From: Octopus vulgaris | Lineage: Eukaryota | DNA: 64,000 nt | Direction of reading: 5' to 3' | Assembly: GCA_951406725.2 (NCBI GenBank) | Contig: OX597819.1 | Location: 64,914,001 to 64,978,000, forward strand | Shown here: in pieces, positions 14,516 through 27,856 of the stretch | Layout of the letters: every line of letters begins with the position of its first letter | Numbering within the stretch: position 1 is the first letter of the stretch | Notes under the pieces: model-generated | Databases searched by the model: none | Seen by the model: the letters and a program-made list of their open reading frames with translations, nothing else | Told to the model about the DNA's origin: nothing | Position numbers and translations under genes: made by a program

Positions 14516-16663
14516 TATTATTTTGTAAAACAATATTAAATTAGTTTAAACGTACACAAATGCATAAAAATAATTTTTAATTGAATTAGACATTAGCAAA
14601 TACTATCAAATTTCATTCAAATCTAAAAAAAAAGGTAAAATTGGACAGAACTGACTGAATGACTTGATATATATAATCTATGAAATTCTAGTAAGTTTCA
14701 AGTTTATAACACCTTGATATCTCATGTTATCTCATTTTATATGCCTAAGACGTTTATTTTCTATTCTGGTTTTTATATATTTCTATACATTATATTTATA
14801 TCTATAATTTATTTTAAGCCGAAACTTAATACGATCCTTGTACGAACGAAAGAACAAGAATGTCCTCTGGAACGTTTATCTTTCACCGGCATTTGTAATC
14901 GATGGTGACATGTGCGATGATTTTGCGACTATCTTATATTTTACAGAGAAATTGGAAGCCCCGAATGTAACTTAGCGCTTTATGCATAATTCAATATTCA
15001 TAGTTCTCTATTTCTAACAGAAATTCTGTCCTAAATAACTATAGATCTATTTCTAAATGTATTTCTTTTCGTTCATGCATTCCCGTCTGTCTCATGACAA
15101 AGCTTTCTTTCTCCAGCGTTAACCACGTCACCCCGTTAGGGTTAAACAGCCCTTACCGAAAATTTTTACTGTCCTGATTTTGTTAGCAGCTTTGACGTTC
15201 CACGTATCTTAAATTTTATCTAATTTGCTTCGGGGGAGCAATTGCTTTGACGAAGACACATCTTGTTGCAATGCGGAGTAAGTAAAACTGCCAACAACTG
15301 AGGAAGAGTTGTTTTTTTTATATGCTGTCTTCACGCTATAGTTCTCTATGTAATTAAAATTCTTCTTCCTCTCCTTCAAAAGCCAAGCCAAGCCAAGCCA
15401 AGCCAAGCCAAGCCAAGCCAAGCCAAGCCGTATAGTAGTGAGACCAAAGCCATAGCGCTCACTGTGGTCTTGTAGCCGTGGACAGTGAGCCCAATGGCAC
15501 CCAGAGCGAGCTCTGGTCGCCATAGCGCTCACTGTGCTCTCGTAGCCGTGGACAGTGAGCCCAATGGCGCCCAGAGCGAGCTCAACACACTCCTCATACC
15601 CTAAGTAAGTCATGTGTAAAATTTGAATGAAATTGGTTGTGTAGTTCTCAAGTTTTAGGGAAACACACAGACAGACAGACACACATTTTCAGATACATAA
15701 AAGAATGAGAGTGGGTGATGTTTTGTTTGTTGAACCAATGTATTAAGGTAGTATTGTTTTATTGTTTTAAAACGAAAGAGGCAATGTGTTTGTTTCAAAA
15801 ATAAAAAAGACAAACGTCCGCCAATGGGAAGACAGTTCATATTCGATTAGAGCACTCTGGGTATAATCATAAAAGTGAAAAATGGAATTTTTAGGCAAAT
15901 CAAACAGTGAAAAACCAAAAACAAAAACATTAAAAAAAATATAATATTGAAAATATAGAAAATATAAAATTGAAAAATTTAAATTGAATTGAAAATAAAA
16001 ATTATTAAATTATATTTATAATTTGTTTAAAAATATATGTAACTATGAAAAAGTATGAAAGAGTTTAATATACATAAATACAGATATATACAATTTGTAT
16101 ATATACATTATATATATTATATATACATATTTATATATAGAACACACACACACATACATTATATATACATATTTATATATAGAACACACACACACACATA
16201 CATTATATATACATATTTGTATATAGAACACACACACACATACATTATATATACATATTTATATATAGAACACACACAGACACACATACATATAAATGAA
16301 CGCAAGTATATCTGATTCATAATATTTGTTCTCATGCTCGTGTGTTGTTGGTGACAGACAGATACGTAAAAGAACGTCGATGTAATGGGAAGGTAAGAAA
16401 CAGAGTGAGTGAAAAAGAGAGGAAATAGCGAGAGTGACAGATACTTTAAATAACGGTAGTGGAAATATCAAAGTTATAGATGAAGGGGAGTGAGAGGGTA
16501 CTGGAGGAAATAGCGTGAGTGAGGAAGATTGCCCCTAGCAACCACACCTTTTAAGATAGGGATTTCTAAGGTAGCCCAAGAGCTTCGTCACCTATTTCTA
16601 CATATCCCTGTAAATTTTGGAGCGAATCGGACGGGACGTAGTGGCATTGAAAGCGATCCAAGC

Positions 16664-16728
<65 letters not shown>

Positions 16729-17102
16729 CTGAAGTTGTCTGGATATATGTATGTATGTATGTGTGTGTGTGTATACGTATGTATGTGTAGAGACCTCTTT
16801 TGGCCCCACCTGAGTTTTGAAACTGAATGGGTAAATTTACCCCTAACTATAGAGCCTTATTGTTCTGTTGAGGAACAATGTTGTTTTATTCAACCGATGG
16901 CCTTCCCGACATTTGATTGATGTATTTTCCTCTTGACCCATAACCCTTCTAGTTTGTAAAGGGTTTAAATAAATAATATAAGGGATCTTTACCCTTTCAA
17001 TGGCAGATCGAGAAATATATTTTTGTAACTAAACACTTTCAACCTTCGGACACTAACCCTAACCCTAATGTGTCATATAAAACATATTTTACTTTTAATG
17101 TT

Positions 17103-17440
17103 ACTCTTCACCGCGGCCATGCTGGAGCATCGCCTTTAATCGAGTAACTCGACCCCGGGACTTATTCTTTTTGTAAGCCCAGTACTTATTCTATCGGTCT
17201 CTTTTGCCGAACCGCTAAGTAACGGGGACATAAATACACCAGCATCGGTTGTGAAGCAATGCTAGGGGGACACACACAGATACACAAACACACACATACA
17301 TACATATTTATATATATATATATGACGGGCTTCTTTCAGTTTCCGTCTACCAAATCCACTCACAAGGCTTTGGTTGGCCCGAGGTTATAGTAGAAGACAC
17401 TTGCCCAAGATGCCAGACAGTGGGACTGAACCCGGAATCA
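17103..17440 (-). mobile_element. SINE family A, 5'-truncated
   Basis: Aligns by eye to 42138-42550. Confidence 0.8.
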
Positions 17441-17916
17441 GCTACTCCAATATTTTTTAAACATCTGGCCTGTAAAACTTAATATTCCTCTAAATTTTTT
17501 ATAAGTCATCATACTATTTTTATCTTATAAAAACAATGACCGAAGGAGTGAGAAGATTAGATTATTCATGAAGCGTCTTCATAAAAACAATGACACAGAA
17601 CTCCTTTGGCATCTTAAATAAATACAATATCAATTCCAATAAAAGTAAAAAGACCGGTTTTCCTTGACCAACTTTACTGACGTCAGCATTTGAATGGATA
17701 GGTATAGGGGTGTTTACAACTGTGTTTTATTACGATTAACTCATTCTATTGGGCCCTGAAATATGACAAAAACCAGCCGAGCAGGATTTGAAATGATTAT
17801 TGTAAAATAATGCAAATGTCGGTTTACCTATACATGTGTGCCCCTACCCGACCAACTTTGTTGCCTCACAACTTCCAGAAAAATGTAAATTTTTTTAATG
17901 AAATTTTCAAAAAATA

Positions 17917-18428
17917 CCGTTAATCCTCGAGTATAGTCTGCCCTTGAGTATAATACGCAGGGGATTTTTAGGGGGCTGTACCTCTGGAAAACCTAAGCCT
18001 TGTGTATAATACGCACCCCTTCTCTAACTTCAGTCAAGGAGGTGTATATAACGTCCTTGGATTCTAAAAATGTATACGGTAACGACCATTATTATTATTG
18101 TATATATAACATAATGCAAACGTGTAGCTTTTTTGTGCATTTTGTTTGCAGAAAATAAAGAAATAACAGTAATAACGTTGAATAAATGTTGCTTATTGCA
18201 AGTTATGGATGATTCTTTTATGACTTCATTGCTTTCAGGCTTAGCTTAAGGTATTTTCGAGCCCGACATCACAAAATGCCTCCGAATAAACATTGCCTGA
18301 CAGCAAATAGAGACTTGGACATTGCTTAGAAAATAATTTCCATTTTTAACCTCCTATATAGTACGCACTAGGGATTTTGACCTTTAAATTTTGGGAAAAT
18401 AATGCGGATTATACTTGAGGATTTACGG
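17917..18428. mobile_element. Tc1/mariner-pogo type MITE
   Basis: TA|CCGTTAATCCTCGAGTATA ... TATACTTGAGGATTTACGG|TA, with internal subterminal repeats TATAATACGCA. Confidence 0.8.
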
Positions 18429-18899
18429 TATGTTTAAATTGTGTATATTCCGCTTACACAGGAATTTGATATTTAAAAAGATTCTGTGGTTAGGAAGAGG
18501 GGTTTCGGGAAATTCACATGAGTTTACTTTGTTTCCTCATAACTTGAGTATTTTTTTATGAAATTTGCTACAAATACTTTTCAGAATGTATATATTCAGA
18601 TTATATTGGAATTTGATGTGAAAAGGAAAATAGTGGCACACATCACAATTTCTTTCGAAATCTCAAGTTTCATTTTGTACATATATATGATATCCATTAG
18701 TACATATGTGCATAAAAGCCCACCATTTTTGTATTTTCTTTTGTCATATTAAAACCCCAGCGTTTTCGATAGCCGCTCATGAAAAAGTGAAAGTCTTTCT
18801 TCGGCAATTTCTTGATTTCAGCAACTATTTTCGCAAAAAAATTTTTGCCCCGACCCCTCCACCTCCAATTTCTTCATTTCTCGCTTGTTTCCGTAACTA

Positions 18900-19019
18900 T
18901 AATCCTAAATCCCAACCCTAACCCTAAAACCCAAAACCTAACCCTAACTCTAAAACCCTAACCATAAAACCTAGCACTAAAACCCTAACCCTAAAACCCT
19001 AACCTTAAAACCCAAACCC
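18900..19019 (+). repeat. Degenerate telomere-like (CCCTAA/CCCTAAAA)n tract
   Basis: AACCCTAACCCTAAAACCC...; directly abuts the GGATCTTTT end at 19020. Confidence 0.7.
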
Positions 19020-19270
19020 GGATCTTTTCTTTTTGAAAGCCAGATTTTTCAGATTTTTCTAGTTAACTAAATAATTTGAAACTTCGTATACTGGTAGAAT
19101 GTGTCAAAAGAAAACAATAATTTCAACTAGTTTTTTTGACAAAAATATATTTTATAAGTTTAAACGTAGTTTAAATCTGCGAATTTTACCCAATCATATT
19201 GTCTGTTTTCATTTGAAATTATTAGCTGCATAGTGTTAATGTGACGTAGATAGCTATTTTGTGAGTGGGT
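19020..19270 (+). mobile_element. Diverged extra copy of the same GGATCTTTT TIR family
   Basis: GGATCTTTTC...AGTTAACTAAATAATTTGAAACTTCGTATACTGGTAGAATGTGTCAAAAGAAAACA matches the 4909 TIR. A more distant copy starts near 16983 (GGATCTTTACC...GTAACTAAACAC). Confidence 0.65.
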
Positions 19271-20587
19271 AAGCAGTAAGCAAACAGCTGTGGTAGATGT
19301 GGTTATCATGGCAGTGGTGGTAGTGGTGACAGTGGATGTGTATGATGGCAGCAATTATAGTGTTGGTGTTTTTGTAGAGGTGATGGGGGTGGTGGTGGTG
19401 GCAGTGTATGATGATGATAATGATAATGATAGTAGTAGTAGCATTGATTATGTTAGGATGTCTCATGGATGGTAGTGTTGGTGTGTGTGGGGGTGTGGGT
19501 GTATGTATGGATCAAAACAGTTTGATTCAAATTCTGTGGTACTTATATATTCATACATACATATACATGTAGATGTATATAACATATATATATTGTATGT
19601 AAACATCTTTTATATATATATATATATAATGTATGCATCTATAATACACACACATTATAAATATATACACATATATGCATATGCATTAGAATATGTGTGT
19701 ATAGGTGTATATATATATATATATATGCATATGTTTGTATACATGTGTATGTAGATATTTAGGATCTACATATATACTCCACGAAGTTTATGATAAGCGG
19801 AGTTGTTTACATTTTAGTTAGCTATTTACATGTTTACGTTAACTACGTCACAAAACAGCTGTTTACGTCACAGTAACAATATTTTGAGAAGCAGTAAATA
19901 ATATGAGGCCGAAAGAAAGAATATCATTGGTTAAAATTCGAATTTTTAAACAACGTTAAACTTAGAAATTACAATTCCGTTTTCATTTTGGTTTACAATT
20001 ATGTTTTCTTTTGACACATTCTACCAGTATACGAAGTTTCAAATTGTTTAGTTAACTAGGAAACTTTGGCCTTCAAACTGAAAAGATCCCAATCTTCTGA
20101 CGATTCTAACTTTAAATATATCAAAACCAGAAGATTCCTACATACCCTGTTTATTGAATTGTAGGTGACGTTAGTGACAGAAAACTTGAGGGAAAAGCTA
20201 ACGAACACACATGACGATAATAAAAACAAACAAGGAAAAACGAATAACTATAATTTAAAAAAACTGTTCAGCTTCCAGACTGAGGAATATGGAATGAAAA
20301 AAGGAAAATGAAAAGAGCAGATAGAGCGTTAGAACGAAGGAAGACAAAATGTTTAGGAAAATAATGAAAGAGGACAGAGAAACGTGACCGACCCGGTCAA
20401 CCGCGAAGCGTAAGAAAAGATTGAATAAAAGGGGGTTAGATAGTCACGTGTCATGTAGTAGTGGGAGGAGAGATAAAGAGTCGTGGAGGGCAGAGGTACA
20501 TATGCGAATAACTTTGGTGGAACAGTCAAACCTGAACCGAGCCCTTCCGATGTTTTCACAGCAGCTGAAATATGACTGCTGCTGCTG

Positions 20588-20648
<61 letters not shown>

Positions 20649-21558
20649 AGCTGCTGCTGCTGCAGTATTGGGATGTGCGTTCTAAAGGCTCACCTGTCCG
20701 TCATTTCTTGCTGATGCCCTATTCATGGTGGATATCACAAGAGCCCCAGTCAGGCAAAATACCCTGCAACTATTGGTCCATTTTGAGTAGCGGTTGTTGG
20801 TGAGGGTTTTACGAAGTGGGGGTGCAAATCCTACCCATCTTGTTCCACGTCACGACACGCACAGGAAACGTTGTGTCTATTTTTGTCATACAGTTCTTCA
20901 CATGTTGCAAACATGATTGGAACTAAGGTAATTCAGAGGGGTAACAGCAATTGAACTACGAAAATAGAGAATTCGGTATCGGAGACACTGTATTCATAAA
21001 AAAAATACTTATGTTGCATTAAATGTGTAGGATAGACTTGGCGGTGTTACCTTGACAATAAATTAGAACAATATCACTTTTTGGAGCACCATTGTGATTA
21101 TATAATGATATAGCGTGCGTGTAGTGAGTAAAGTATTTATATGTACCAAATAGAATAATGAAAAATGTAAACAATGTTAACGTATATATTTTGATTTGTA
21201 ATCACAACGCAGTGGGATAAATATTGGAATCTGGCACTGAAACACGAGAAACATAATAATTATCGAACGGTAATATGTGAAGAAGAAAAAAGATGTAAAA
21301 ATGCAAAAAATAAATGGAGAATTAGTTAATGAATGTCGATGAAAGTAGAACGTTCTCGTAATTTTTCATGCTATTACGAATTAGACAAGCTGACAGTGCA
21401 GTCAGTAATTCGCTAATGGTTATCGATGGATCGGCGACAATAGCAAAAAACAGAAACAGACATGGTTAAACACAAATGAAAACGCGAAAGAACCACGCAC
21501 AGATACACACACATCATAGTCATACACACTTACACACACACATGCTCTCACCCACACA

Positions 21559-21613
<55 letters not shown>

Positions 21614-24142
21614 AAGGCAAACGCGAATGAAATTGTGGGGTTCAGCAGTGAGCAGGAAACAACAGAAATACATGTTAAGAAATGTATCCTGTCACCCAAT
21701 AAACATTTGAAATTTTTGTTTAATTTAACAAATAATAAATTAATGAGATTGAATAATAAAATCTATAGAAACAAATCTATTTGCAAATAAGGAATAAAAA
21801 CAGTTGAAGAGATGTTTGCACATGAGTGAAGCTTGAATAGAGAGAGGAATCTTCAGTTTCAATTAGGAAGACAAAATGAAAAACCGGTCTTGAAATTTGG
21901 ACCCAAGTGTTGCAGGTATTTTTCAATTTCAATGTGTATGGTTATGTGTATACACTTGTGTCAATGAGTGTAGCGTATGTGTGTGTGTGAATGAGTGCAT
22001 TTGTGTATATCGATAGTTAGAGAGATAAACGTGTATACACATATACATGCCTGCATATATATATGTCTATAAACATATATATATATATATATATATATAA
22101 GGCAAAATGACGACAATATGACGACAGAAAACAGTCCTCCATACTCTAACAACATGCCGAAGACCAACATGGAGGTTACTTGGGTGAACTTGGCATCCGC
22201 ATCTTATCCAAGCACCCAAAAGACCCAACACTCAGACTAATACGGGAGTACGTCCTTATAAATGAAACATCCCCAATACTAAATAGGAAATATACATAGT
22301 AAATACCATACCTCCATATCCACAGTTTACACAGGTAGAGTAGAATAGTTGGACTCTTAGGTAGATAAATGTAAGTATGTTTGTGTCTGGGTGTGAGTGT
22401 GCGTGTGTATGCACCTTCTTTTTTTTCTATGTAAGCATACAGATATGAAAATAAATAGATCAACATGCAGGCGGATAAGTACATAGACTACAAGAACAAC
22501 ACATATGGAGACACGGATCCACACATATAAAGATGCACATCCATACACACAAACATGGTACATAGTTGCAAAACACACGCACAGATACATGCACACACAA
22601 GGAGACAGAAGTGCATACATATACAAACACATGCTCACACACACATACATAGAAATACATAAACAGGGACATGCAAGCACATAAATATGCAGGATACGTA
22701 CATACAGATGCACACATATACATACATACATACATACATACATACATACACATGCAAACACACACACACATACATATGTACATGCATGCATGTATAGGCA
22801 CACGCACACACACACACACACTGACCCACACACATTCGCACAAACAAATAAAAGCGAATGCAGTGTAAATAACGGACATAGCAAAGACTATTGAAAAGGT
22901 TGCAAGACCCAAGGAAAATTTTAGGAAAATAAAAGTAAGAAAAAAAGTGGAAATTTTACCGGTGAGTGTGTTACATTATAAGACACAAAAAGAAAATGAC
23001 TCTCCCCAGACACAACAGAATATGCTTCAACACACGAACTCATATAAAGAATCTTGCAAGCCAAATCCAAATACGAAAATATATATATATATATATATAT
23101 ATGCCTGCATATATATGTGTATAGACATCATATATATATATATATATATTTATGTATATATACACAAGCATATAAGTGCACATATGTATGTATATAAATA
23201 TGTGGTGTGTGTGTATGCGTTTGTGATTTTCTAAGCAAAACTTCTAAACACCAATAAGCACGTACACAATAGGCCCTGTACACATAGCTGTAAACAAATC
23301 TACTAATTGTATTTATCTTAAGAGATTAAACTATTATTAAATGATAAGGAATCTATGTATACATGGCCTAACACAATCTTTGTAATGGCAAAAATAAATT
23401 ATCATCACCAGTAAAAGTTACAATATATATTTTACTTCATGTAAAGATAAATGCTTTCAAGGAATGTGGAAATGTGATTTCAGGTGTGTGTGTGTGTATG
23501 TGTGTGTGTGTGTCTATGTCTATATGTATCTGTTGTTTCGGGCATGTGTGTATCTGTACGTGAGTGTTGGAAACAGATGTAATTTTTTTTCACTGATTCT
23601 AGTGAGATTCTACAGATATCGTAGTACTAATATTTCTTATATATATACTTCAACGCTGTCAAAAGATGTATGCTGTTATACATACGTTTGTGCATTGTTC
23701 TCTCTTAATGTCATTAAAACACTCTACACACATACACTTACGCATACATACATACATACATACATGCATACATACATACATACACAGTTATATGTATGTG
23801 TGCACGTATATATGTATATGCGTATGGATGTACGTATGTATTTATGTATGTATGTACGTATGCATGCGTATGTGTATACGCGTAGTTTGCCGGGAGCAGT
23901 GTACAGACTATCTATGTTAAATAAAGAGTTGTAGTCAAAATTTTAGATAATTATTTATCAATCTATTTTACAGAAAATGTTTGCCATATACACACACAAC
24001 ACACACACATACACACACGCACACACTCACACACACACACATACACACACACACATAAATGATATATATATATTTAACCGCATGTGGATCGTTGGAAATG
24101 TTTTCCTCCGTTCTCCTTTTCTATTGGCCATTCTTCCGTCTC

Positions 24143-24181
24143 CAGTTTTCTGACGAAGAGCTTTGTTCGAAACTTAAAACT
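24143..24181 (+). ncRNA. Hammerhead motif in a Penelope-type tail
   Basis: AGTTTT CTGACGA A GAGC TTT GTTC GAAAC TT AAAACT: helix I AGTTTT/AAAACT. Related decayed cores on the minus strand at 4007-4029 and about 28953-28982. Confidence 0.55.
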
Positions 24182-24613
24182 ACCTTTATTTTTTCCCCTG
24201 AGCGTCTGCTAATGCTTTGCATGTACCACGTCCATGCGTTGTTGCTTTCTTGCGTTTCTTCTTCGTTTTTTTTTTGGTGGGGGGATTTACTATATATATA
24301 TAAAACAATGATAATTAAAAAATTAAAGAAATGGAGTTAAACGCAGGAGTTATTCAAATTTTTATTATTCGAAACATATCTCGGAAGTATAAAGATTTGG
24401 ATAACACCTGCGTTTAACTCCATTTCTTTAATTATTTCTTCATCTATGTTAATAAAATCATTTCACTAAACCCTGGAGTTTCGACCTTTTTTATGTAGGC
24501 TGTTACAGCCTTGTTACTTATGTTAACTTTTGCTACGCTGGTAACTGTTTATGTTCGTGTGTGTGTGTGTGTTTGTTAGTGTGTATTTGTGTGTGTGAGG
24601 GTATATATACCTC

Positions 24614-25240
<627 letters not shown>

Positions 25241-26133
25241 AGATACATACATACATACATACATACATACATACATACATACATACATACATACATACAT
25301 ACATACATACATACATACATACATAAGTGCGCATGTACTATTATATTTGTTCCAACTCTAAAGAATATATCCGCCAGTGTTTCACAGCTGGCTGATTGTC
25401 GAGAAATGGCCGATATGAAACTTGCACACAGCATTTCATCAAGGTTTTGGATTACTTATTCCAATTCATTATTCTTTGTTTAGACAATATTGAGACGTTC
25501 AGAGATACGCTTCAACTCAACAATGGTTACCTTGGTAGACTATATGGCAAAAAAAAACAAAACAACTTCTACTGAATTCCCATGTGTGAAAAGGTTACGT
25601 TTTGCTGGAGAAAATAGATCTTAAATTTTCCTGTACGCGATTTTGTTCTTCAAATATTCTTCCTAGACTGACACACATACTCAAAGACTGACACAGCGAC
25701 AAACATACACACATGTACACACACGAGAACAACTACAAACGTACATTTATGTGTGTATGCATGTATGTACACATATATAAAATCGTACAAATCATCTATT
25801 TATACCAATTTTGTATGGAATATCTGAAGCCTCTCAAACCTTCATGAGATATATGTGAGTGCATCTGTGTGTTCCTCTGTGGTTGTGAAAAGGTAAAAAG
25901 GTGTATGCAATGATTTGAAGGGATTAGAGCTTTGTGATAGATTTAGTCACTATCACGAGAAGAGTCTACGATATCTTCAACTGCATCATCCATTTCCTCT
26001 ATAAGGCAAGGCATCTCTATATTTTAGTTCATATTAATATCATGTTCTGTGTGGCTGTGCGTGCATATGGCGATTCTAGTCCATGTTAAAATTAATTTCC
26101 ATTATTTTGTCCAATCCCACCTCTCTCTCTCTG

Positions 26134-26188
<55 letters not shown>

Positions 26189-27426
26189 CCATATCGCAAG
26201 TAGAGTCGTGTGGTAGCATCGGGCTGACCTGATGAAAGCCTCGTGAGTGGATTTGTTAAATGGAAACTGAAAAAGCCCGTTGTGTATGTATATATGTATG
26301 TATGTATACATGTATGTATGTATGTATGTATGTATGTATGTATGTATGTATGTATGTATGTATGTATGTATGTATGTATCTATGTATGTATGTATGTATG
26401 TATATATATATATATAGAGAGAGAGAGGGAAAGTGAAGGGTGAGGGAGAAATAGAAAGAGATGTACAGTAATAAATATACACACAAATACGCCTAAAGTG
26501 TCTGAAAAAAACCTATGTCGTAGTTCTATAAATGTTGATATTTCTGCTGAGTCTCCTGAAATATTATATGATCTGAGCGATACTGTTACCTATTGTTTCG
26601 AAGTAAACTATTGATTTATAGACGTGAAAATATGTTACAATATACAGAATGTGTGCCATCGATGAATGCAGCATTTCGCGAATGGCGTCGTTAAATGCTT
26701 TTCAGTTTTTAATGTACAAACACGAGCTCCATGCGATATTGTAAATGTATAGGACAGAAATAAGTACTGTAAAAGGAAACTAATTGTCGTGCATGTTTCT
26801 TCAGTTTTTGCACTTTTTGACGTATTTATATATTGCGTATGTGACGGACGCTGACTTTATAAATATTTTCTGTATAGCAAATAAGCATTTTAATATTTTG
26901 TATATGTGAGTAGCAGGATTTTCTGTGTACTTGACATTTTAACGTCGGAATATTGTATTGAATGTGATAGAATCGAAACCAATAAAAGTGTCTCCCACAA
27001 TATCGTTTGAATTAAAGGACGAAATTTATTAAATAAAAGAAGCATTAAACATTATAATTCTGATATTTGAGACTCACGACGACAGTTTATTGGCTATTTT
27101 CTGTGTTCGCTATCTTCCACCAGATATACAGAGTAATAAAAAGGAAAAAAAAAAAGATCTTTTCTTCTGGCAAATTAGAAATTTATCTTAGAATTTTATG
27201 TTGAATTATATTTTTCAGTTTTTAATTTTGTATATTAATCATTTATTAATTTTCAAATTTTCATTCTTTCACATTTACTTTTTGTTCCATTTATTTTCCT
27301 ATATTTCATTATATTTTAACTAAATCCAAACCTTATATAGATAAGCAACGATAAATTTAGAGAGGTTATACCCCTTGAAATGTCATATATATATATATAT
27401 ATATATAATTCTATCATTATTCTTCT

Positions 27427-27626
27427 ACTCTTTTATTTATTTCAATCATGTGACTGTGACCATGCTGGAGCACCGACTTTAGTTGAGCAAATGGACCCCA
27501 GGACATATTCTTTGTAAGCCTAGTAGTTATTCTATCGATATCATTTGCCGAACCGCTAAGTTACGGGAACGTAAAAACACCGGCATCGGTTGTCAAGCGA
27601 TGTTGTGAGGGACAAACACAGACACA

Positions 27627-27696
<70 letters not shown>

Positions 27697-27856
27697 TACG
27701 ACGGGCTTCTTTCAGTTTCCGTCTACCAAATCCACTCACACGGCTTTTGTCGGCCCGAGACAATAGTGGAAACACTTGCCCAATGTACCATGCAGTGGAA
27801 CTGAACCTGGAACCATGTTGTTCGTAAGCAAGCACCTTACTACACAGCCACTCCAA
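27427..27856 (-). mobile_element. SINE family A
   Basis: Same head, body and tail as 42138-42595. Confidence 0.8.

Larger units (their letters stand above)
12174..14667 (-). mobile_element. Decayed mariner transposon interrupted by a nested Tc1/mariner element
   Basis: Imperfect TIRs TCAGGTCATCCCATAAGTTCTG (12174) and CAGAACTGACTGAATGACTTGA (ending 14667), each flanked by TA. Transposase remnant on the minus strand. Confidence 0.85.
11529..15704 (-). mobile_element. Probable Helitron-like element enclosing the mariner/DD41D pair
   Basis: Minus-strand 3' end CGGGCAACGCCGGGTATCTCTGCTAG|T at 11554-11529. Putative 5' end TCTTTTATGTATCTGAAAATGTGTGTCTGTCTGTC at 15704. Pairing of the two ends is inferred; there is no TSD to confirm it. 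Confidence 0.5.
4909..20089. mobile_element. Large non-autonomous DNA transposon with long TIRs and 8-bp TSD, Merlin-like, filled with nested insertions
   Basis: Left end GGATCTTTTCAGTTTGAAGGCC (4909-5173) is the near-identical reverse complement of 19825-20089. CAATCTTC lies directly at 4901-4908 and 20090-20097. GG termini plus an 8-bp TSD match the Merlin/IS1016 superfamily. No transposase seen. Confidence 0.8.

Noticed and set aside
15449-15583. ~70-bp GC-rich tandem duplication after (AAGCC)n
   Set aside because: Two units inside the putative Helitron, where internal minisatellites are common; the 157-aa ORF over it is a by-product.
18900-19019. True chromosome end or fusion site
   Set aside because: Short, degenerate, single orientation and embedded in other repeats.
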